Origin: a virus
Lineage: Duplodnaviria > Heunggongvirae > Uroviricota > Caudoviricetes
Virus record (IMG/VR): IMGVR_UViG_3300014039_000029
Coordinates: 64,001-74,610 of that record
Length of the DNA: 10,610 nucleotides
Reading direction: 5' to 3' (one strand)
Shown: positions 6,187 to 10,610 of the stretch, one piece after another
Layout: each line of letters begins with the position of its first letter
Numbering within the stretch: position 1 is the first letter of the stretch
Program-made: the position numbers and the translations under genes
The notes under the pieces: model-generated
What the model was told of the DNA's origin: nothing
Seen by the model: only the letters and a program-made list of their open reading frames with translations
The model's database searches: none

Positions 6187-6369
6187 ATGGAGAAGAAAAG
6201 ACAAACAATAAGTGTTTACAACGTGCAGCCTAGCGAAATGGCTGCACGATTAAGTACAATCAAAGGTTTGAAGTTTGGAACTCCTAGAGTTGGGGATTTT
6301 CATTTCACAGAGGTAGAAATCATAGATGCAAACTTAAAGCAGTGGGGTGAAATAACAAGATTATGGTAA
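6187..6369 (+). CDS. Hypothetical early protein (60 aa)
   Basis: ORF track; GGAGGA at 6174-6179. Confidence 0.7.
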   Translation: MEKKRQTISVYNVQPSEMAARLSTIKGLKFGTPRVGDFHFTEVEIIDANLKQWGEITRLW

Positions 6370-6539
6370 TACTAGAGACTTGTTACAAGGGAGCGACTAG
6401 AGCGGACAGCAAGGGCAGACGATACCGAGCAAAGGTAACTTGCACGATACGCAGAACACCTTTTAGGGAAAGCTATTTCGTTGAGGGCATGAACGTCAGC
6501 AGGAACACTTGCCTAGAGACGATAAGAGACAAGAAATAG
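6363..6539 (+). CDS. Basic hypothetical protein (58 aa)
   Basis: MVILETCYKGATRADSKGRRYRAKVTCTIRRTPFRESYFVEGMNVSRNTCLETIRDKK; 7-nt overlap with upstream stop. Confidence 0.55.
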   Translation: MVILETCYKGATRADSKGRRYRAKVTCTIRRTPFRESYFVEGMNVSRNTCLETIRDKK

Positions 6540-6564
6540 AGTTGTTGTTTTAAGTGTTTATATA

Positions 6565-6625
6565 GGGTGATACGGAATCCCAAGGGATTAGCCGAGCAGC
6601 CATGTGCGAGCCATGCCACCCACCA
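6565..6625 (+). ncRNA. tRNA-top-half-like structured element, copy 2 (putative)
   Basis: GGGTG(6565-69)...AATCCC aa GGGATT...CATG TGCGAGC CATG C CACCC ACCA; homologous to 4111-4161. Confidence 0.5.
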
Positions 6626-6667
6626 AGATAAGAATAAGTTGAACAATTAAAAGAAAGGATTTACACA

Positions 6668-6802
6668 ATGAGTGAAGTATTATTCGACATCTACAATGAT
6701 GCCTATTACGCTGCAATGAATAGCGGCGCAAGTGAGAGTGACGCAAGAGCATACGCAGAGCAGTATTGCGAAGACTTGCAGAGCCAGTTGATATTTTATT
6801 AA
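6668..6802 (+). CDS. Acidic hypothetical protein (44 aa)
   Basis: MSEVLFDIYNDAYYAAMNSGASESDARAYAEQYCEDLQSQLIFY; AGAAAGGA at 6652-6659. Confidence 0.65.
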   Translation: MSEVLFDIYNDAYYAAMNSGASESDARAYAEQYCEDLQSQLIFY

Positions 6803-6826
6803 TCAAACATAGGAGATAAAGCAACA

Positions 6827-7105
6827 ATGAGAACAATGAAAGTATTTGTGTTGACAAAGCAAGGTCGAGACAACCAAGACCAAGACACGTTAGAGGTTGT
6901 GGGAGTGTATTCCACCAAGACCGCAGCCAAGGAGAAGATGGCAGAGGAGAAAGAGAGCATCAAAGCTTTCTATGCCGATGAGTACGAGGGCGAGGACGTT
7001 GAGGAGTACGGAGAGAACAACATCGAGAACTGGGGAATCCAAGTAACCGACTATCCGGTATTTACAGAGTTGAACATTATAGAAAAGGAGGTGGATCATG
7101 ACTAG
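6827..7105 (+). CDS. Highly acidic hypothetical protein (92 aa)
   Basis: ORF track; 23 D/E vs 10 K/R; MKVFVL...VVGVYSTKTAAKE motif; start could be ATG 6836. Confidence 0.8.
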   Translation: MRTMKVFVLTKQGRDNQDQDTLEVVGVYSTKTAAKEKMAEEKESIKAFYADEYEGEDVEEYGENNIENWGIQVTDYPVFTELNIIEKEVDHD

Positions 7106-7472
7106 GAGAATAGTTTGTTATGATTTCAGCGAGGACGACAAGAAACTTATCGTTTCTCGCTTGCTAGGAGAACAATTCTCCCAGTGCACAAGTGATGAGC
7201 ATGGGCGATATTGTGGTTACATAGACGATAAGCTTTGCGAAATCAAGTTCTACGCGTTCATGGTTTCAATATTCGTACGTGAGAAAGGCAAGAGCATTCC
7301 ACGAAAAGAGTGGGTGAACATCCTTTTCAGAAAGCTATTCAAAGATGATAGTTTGGATTTTGAGAAGAACGACAAGAAAGAATTCAATCGCTATGCTTAT
7401 GCCGAGGTTGATTACGACAACCTTGCAGTAGATTTTATTTTCAGATATAAACCAATGGAGGATGCAGTATGA
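7098..7472 (+). CDS. Hypothetical early protein (124 aa)
   Basis: ORF track; AAGGAGGTG at 7085-7093; overlaps both neighbours. Confidence 0.8.
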   Translation: MTRRIVCYDFSEDDKKLIVSRLLGEQFSQCTSDEHGRYCGYIDDKLCEIKFYAFMVSIFVREKGKSIPRKEWVNILFRKLFKDDSLDFEKNDKKEFNRYAYAEVDYDNLAVDFIFRYKPMEDAV

Positions 7473-7744
7473 AAAAGCAAGAGTTTATTTTCGTCTTCCC
7501 TATTTCGGGTGAGACAATCCACAAGGAAATGAATCCTTTGGCAGTAAAGGACGCAGCGGTAAAGTTTCTGAAAAGGCAGAACGAGGTTAGGGGTGACATT
7601 TGCGTTATCAAGAACAGCCTAGAGCAGGTTATCGCCATGGCTTGCGTGGACGAGCTTCTTCACGTGTCATTCTTCACCGAGGACGAATCGGTGAACGACA
7701 TCAAACCAATAGGAATCATAGACGAGGAAGGAGGTAACAAATGA
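7469..7744 (+). CDS. Hypothetical early protein (91 aa)
   Basis: ORF track; ATGA coupling; GGAGG upstream. Confidence 0.8.
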   Translation: MKKQEFIFVFPISGETIHKEMNPLAVKDAAVKFLKRQNEVRGDICVIKNSLEQVIAMACVDELLHVSFFTEDESVNDIKPIGIIDEEGGNK

Positions 7745-7809
7745 GCAAGCAGGAGTGGTTTGTGCTGATAATCTTCTTCATCAGCATCATATTAGGAATT
7801 TTGAGTTAA
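7741..7809 (+). CDS. Hydrophobic micro-peptide (22 aa)
   Basis: MSKQEWFVLIIFFISIILGILS; AGGAGG at 7729-7734, ATGA coupling, ends 6 nt before the next start. Confidence 0.6.
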   Translation: MSKQEWFVLIIFFISIILGILS

Positions 7810-7815
7810 CAGGGT

Positions 7816-8232
7816 ATGGCAGATAAAGCAAGAATCATAGTTTATGACGACTTGATGATACTAGACGAGACCGAGACTTTCTTTAAGGACAGCGACCAGC
7901 TAGCCAGCATAGCAAGGCAAGTACTCAGCCAAACTCCCGATGCAGAAATTGCGGAAGTTTGGGTCAAGGAGAAAATCAAGATGCGTTTCACCAAGAACCG
8001 AAAGGGAAAGATCGTCAAGTCGAACACTCTTCACCCAGGGTGGGGAGGTAGGAGAGAGGGAGCAGGTTCAAAGGGAAAAGGCAAAGAAGCCTTAACCAAT
8101 AGAGTTGTGTTCCACGTCAACGATGAAATGTTTGAGTTTCTCGATGCTTTAGGGAAGAGAAAGCCCGAGTGGATAAGGCTAGCGGTCAAGGAGAAACGAG
8201 AACGAGAGGAAAACGAAAAGGGTAGCCAGTGA
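7816..8232 (+). CDS. Probable DNA-binding protein, C-terminal ribbon-helix-helix preceded by WGGRREGAG motif (138 aa)
   Basis: HPGWGGRREGAGSKGKGKEALTNRVVFHVNDEMFEFLDALGKRKPEWIRLAVKEK: GGxRxGAG motif plus alternating beta strand and two helices. Confidence 0.6.
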   Translation: MADKARIIVYDDLMILDETETFFKDSDQLASIARQVLSQTPDAEIAEVWVKEKIKMRFTKNRKGKIVKSNTLHPGWGGRREGAGSKGKGKEALTNRVVFHVNDEMFEFLDALGKRKPEWIRLAVKEKREREENEKGSQ

Positions 8233-8255
8233 TGGCTACCCTTAATTTGTTTTTT
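8218..8255. terminator. Intrinsic terminator between convergent early operon and integrase
   Basis: AAGGGTAGCCA gtga TGGCTACCCTT 11-bp stem, then AATTTGTTTTTT on plus; A-run to the left could serve the minus strand. Confidence 0.8.
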
Positions 8256-8301
8256 GCTAGAGTCTGATAACTTACGCAGAATGAGCTAGTTAACTTGCTT
8301 T

Positions 8302-8344
8302 ATGTTATCAGATATGTTATCAAATCTTCCCTTCTATGTTATCA
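8302..8344. repeat. Three ATGTTATCA repeats at the integrase 3' end
   Basis: Exact 9-mers at 8302, 8314, 8336; related TGATAACT at 8265. Confidence 0.85.
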
Positions 8345-9456
8345 AATGCCGAATAGACATCACGATTGAGTGTGCGAGCGTATCTTTGCGTTTGCCTGAT
8401 GTTCGTATGACCGAGCACCTTTGCCACGATGTTGAGTGGCATCCCGAACGAAAGAAAGAGGGTGGCAGCCGTAGCCCTGCCCATGTGGCTGTGCAGCTTG
8501 GGCACTCCGACGATGGCACCGATGGCTTTCAGATACTCGTTGTATTTCTGATTGCTGATTTGAGGAAGGTGGAAATTGTATTTCTTGAGGATGGCAACCG
8601 CACTACCCAACAGCTGAAACGTGAAGTCAGTATCTGTCTTCACTCGCTTTCCGTGATAGTAGTATTTTCCGTTTCTCTCCTTGCACTCGGTGAAATCGAA
8701 AGCCATGAGGTCGGAGTAAGCCAGCCCGGTGTAGCACTGCATCAAGAACAAATCCCTTGCCTTTACTAGATAATCCACCTCTAGGTGCAATCGCTTGATA
8801 CTCTCGAACTTATCTATCGGAAGGCAATCCACATACTCCTTGTCGCCCTTGGCAATCTTGAAAGGCAGGTGGTTGTAAGGGTTCTTATCCACCAACTCAT
8901 CTATGCACGCATCACGCACGAATAGCTTGAGATACTTGTGATAGCAGTAGACGGTACTCTGTTCCAATCCCTTGGAGTGCAGGCATTCGTCCAGAGCACG
9001 CACGTTCGACACGTTGACGTCCGAGAACTCCTTAATCTTGCCCCATTTCTTCAAGAAATCCGTGAAGACCTTGTATCTCCGCTTGGTATGGTCGCTTACC
9101 TTGCGCTGCTTGGTGCGTTCCTCGCAATAGGCGATGAAATTGGCATACTTTGTGGAGCAGCCATCCATGAGGGCAGGAATCTCCTCTAGGTCGGTGGAGC
9201 CTTTAGCAATCATCTTGGCGATAACCTCGTTCGCCCTATCCACGAAAGCGTCAATCTGCTTGTTGAAGACCTCCGCATCCTTGCATCTGATTACATGCTT
9301 GCTGCCGTCAGACCATTGAGAAGGACACACCTTCACCCCAGTGGAGATATACTTACGCTTACCCCCGCAAGTGAACCTTAATTCCACGGAAACGGGCTTT
9401 TGAGCCGTTCCACGCTTCAATCGATTGTGAATAATACTTAAATTAATTTTTCCCAT
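8320..9456 (-). CDS. int: Tyrosine recombinase / phage integrase (378 aa), Bacteroidota IntDOT-like
   Basis: N-terminal arm-binding-like domain (VELRFTCGGKRKYISTGVKVCPSQW), core-binding domain, catalytic motifs TGLAYSDL, KRVKT, HMGR, LGH, QTQRY. Confidence 0.95.
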   Translation of the reverse strand: MGKINLSIIHNRLKRGTAQKPVSVELRFTCGGKRKYISTGVKVCPSQWSDGSKHVIRCKDAEVFNKQIDAFVDRANEVIAKMIAKGSTDLEEIPALMDGCSTKYANFIAYCEERTKQRKVSDHTKRRYKVFTDFLKKWGKIKEFSDVNVSNVRALDECLHSKGLEQSTVYCYHKYLKLFVRDACIDELVDKNPYNHLPFKIAKGDKEYVDCLPIDKFESIKRLHLEVDYLVKARDLFLMQCYTGLAYSDLMAFDFTECKERNGKYYYHGKRVKTDTDFTFQLLGSAVAILKKYNFHLPQISNQKYNEYLKAIGAIVGVPKLHSHMGRATAATLFLSFGMPLNIVAKVLGHTNIRQTQRYARTLNRDVYSAFDNIEGKI

Positions 9457-9629
9457 ATTGTGATAACATATTTACAAGTGTTTGGTAACATGTTCGTACC
9501 ACACTTTTGTTTAACATTCGTTTAGAATAGCCGAATGCGCTTGTTATCAGTCCGTTATGAGATTTGCGATTTAAACTAGTCTAAGACAGGTTTTTCTTAC
9601 GCATGTTATCAAAACGTTATCAACTTTCA

Positions 9630-9678
9630 CAAAGCAAAAACGGACATAACTACCTTGTAATAAGGAGGTTATATCCGT
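9630..9678 (-). terminator. Minus-strand intrinsic terminator downstream of the att core
   Basis: Minus: ACGGA-T-ATAAC-ct-CCTT attac AAGG-ta-GTTAT-G-TCCGT then TTTTGCTTTG; includes a G.U pair on this strand. Confidence 0.65.
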
Positions 9679-9725
9679 CTTTCTCTTAGATAAATTCCGT
9701 TTAAATGCGTTATTTTTACATTTAG

Positions 9726-9742
9726 TTGTACACCCTTAGGGG
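9726..9742 (-). other. Putative att core matching a tRNA 3' end (likely tRNA-Lys)
   Basis: Minus CCCCTAAGGGTGTACAA = T-stem 3' strand CCCTA + acceptor 3' strand AGGGTGT + discriminator A; resembles Bacteroidales tRNA-Lys from memory (not searched); no 5' tRNA half upstream. Confidence 0.55.
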
Positions 9743-9795
9743 TCGTACTTGAAATTTCCTAACAAGCTGCAAATCAGCGTTCTCCTTTTTCAATG

Positions 9796-9827
9796 CAAAG
9801 ATAATGATAACATTTTTATAACACAAA
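9796..9827 (-). promoter_or_regulatory. Leftward promoter pointing across att core toward int
   Basis: Minus TTTG (9827-9824), 20-nt spacer, TATCTTTG (9803-9796). Confidence 0.8.
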
Positions 9828-9888
9828 TTTTTGGGTAATTTTCTTTGATATTTAGACAAAATCTAAATCTTAACTGACCTTAAAGAGA

Positions 9889-9920
9889 TTTGGAAGTTAT
9901 CATTTTTATGCTTACTTTTG
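9889..9920 (+). promoter_or_regulatory. Rightward promoter
   Basis: TTTG 9889-9892, 20-nt spacer, TACTTTTG 9913-9920, followed by CACTCG as at the two immunity-region promoters. Confidence 0.85.
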
Positions 9921-9925
9921 CACTC

Positions 9926-10033
9926 GTCAATGTGGTGATTGATGTAAGACTTCGATATTTAATCTATGTTTTCAATAGGTTCTATATAAATCACGAAATC
10001 CCTGGGTCGGCACCACACGACTTGGGGATTTTT
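9926..10033 (+). ncRNA. Putative ~108-nt small RNA / attenuated leader with complementary loops
   Basis: Starts just after the -7 box; 5' hairpin GTCAAT gtggtg ATTGAT; 3' 14-bp hairpin AAATCCCTGGGTCG gcaccaca CGACTTGGGGATTT (three G.U pairs) plus T-run. Confidence 0.55.
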
Positions 10034-10395
10034 AATTTTCCCCGAGGTTGTTTGGCAAAGACATACGAGGTTAAATCCGTGCAGTCCTCTTCGGAGTTAT
10101 CGCCCGATATATAAAACTGCTCAGTCTAGTGTAGTATATCTATCTATGTGAATCCTGCGCTGTGCAACCATCACAACAGGTGCCCATCTTCCCAAAAGGA
10201 ATTGACCCATATTTAGATGAAACAAACTTAGTGGGCAACTAAGCTATACGTAGGCTATGGTTAGGATATTTTTACTACGTTTTCTGTAGTTGATAAAATT
10301 ATAAAAAAAATCCTTGCCGAAAGCTATCCTCATAAGGGATGGGCAAAAATGGTTCGTACACCAAAAATAAAAAGTTGAACTAAAATATAGAATCT

Positions 10396-10610
10396 ATGGC
10401 ACAAAGAACAAAGGAAGAAGAACTTAACATCGTCTTGAAGAACTACGACAAGCTCAAGGCGGAACGTGATTCCCTCAAAAAGGAGAACGAAGACTTGAAG
10501 AGCAAGTTGACTCAGCAAGAAACCTTATACAAGAATATGCTTACAACCTATTCCGAGAGAAAGGAAATCTTGCCTAAGAAGTGGAACGGAGAGAAAATCC
10601 GTGCCAAGTT
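10396..10610 (+). CDS. Coiled-coil hypothetical protein, runs off window
   Basis: MAQRTKEEELNIVLKNYDKLKAERDSLKKENEDLKSKLTQQENLYKNMLTTYSERKEILPKKWNGEKIRAK...; open to the edge; heptad pattern. Confidence 0.75.
   Translation, partial: MAQRTKEEELNIVLKNYDKLKAERDSLKKENEDLKSKLTQQETLYKNMLTTYSERKEILPKKWNGEKIRAK

Larger units (their letters stand above)
9461..9813. mobile_element. Putative attP region with arm-type repeats
   Basis: TGATAACAT 9461 and 9805, TGGTAACAT 9483, TTGTTATCA 9541, ATGTTATCA 9603, ACGTTATCA 9614 flank a tRNA-3'-end-like core. Confidence 0.65.

Noticed and set aside
4111-6625. T-loop elements as true tRNA genes
   Set aside because: No anticodon arm, closing stems only 5-6 bp, too short.
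8302-9319. Plus-strand ORFs 8302..8769, 8938..9189, 9134..9319
   Set aside because: Antisense shadows of the integrase.
9890-10114. 74-aa ORF
   Set aside because: TTG start lies in the -33 box upstream of the predicted TSS and it runs through the terminator hairpin.
10330-10518. Minus-strand 62-aa ORF
   Set aside because: Antisense shadow of the coiled-coil ORF at 10396.

Overview
Regulatory and early region of a temperate Bacteroidales (probably Prevotella/Segatella-type) tailed phage; the host call rests on TTTG-N20-TAnnTTTG promoters, an IntDOT-like integrase and a tRNA-Lys-like att core. Left to right: the 5' part of a leftward internal-virion/ejection-type gene; a ~790-bp non-coding control region with phased T-tracts and short repeats; a frameshifted membrane-protein gene and an XRE repressor (minus strand); a divergent promoter pair with four operator-like sites; a ~360-nt structured leader; a ~5.4-kb rightward operon of about 22 small hypothetical genes ending in an RHH-type protein; a convergent tyrosine integrase; an apparent attP (tRNA 3' end, terminator, arm-type repeats); and a partial coiled-coil ORF. 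The most unusual content is non-coding: three covarying three-way-junction repeats, two covarying tRNA-top-half-like T-loop elements inside the early operon, a predicted kissing-loop small RNA beside attP, and heavy Shine-Dalgarno use in a phylum that mostly avoids it. All functions are inferred by eye; no database searches were run.
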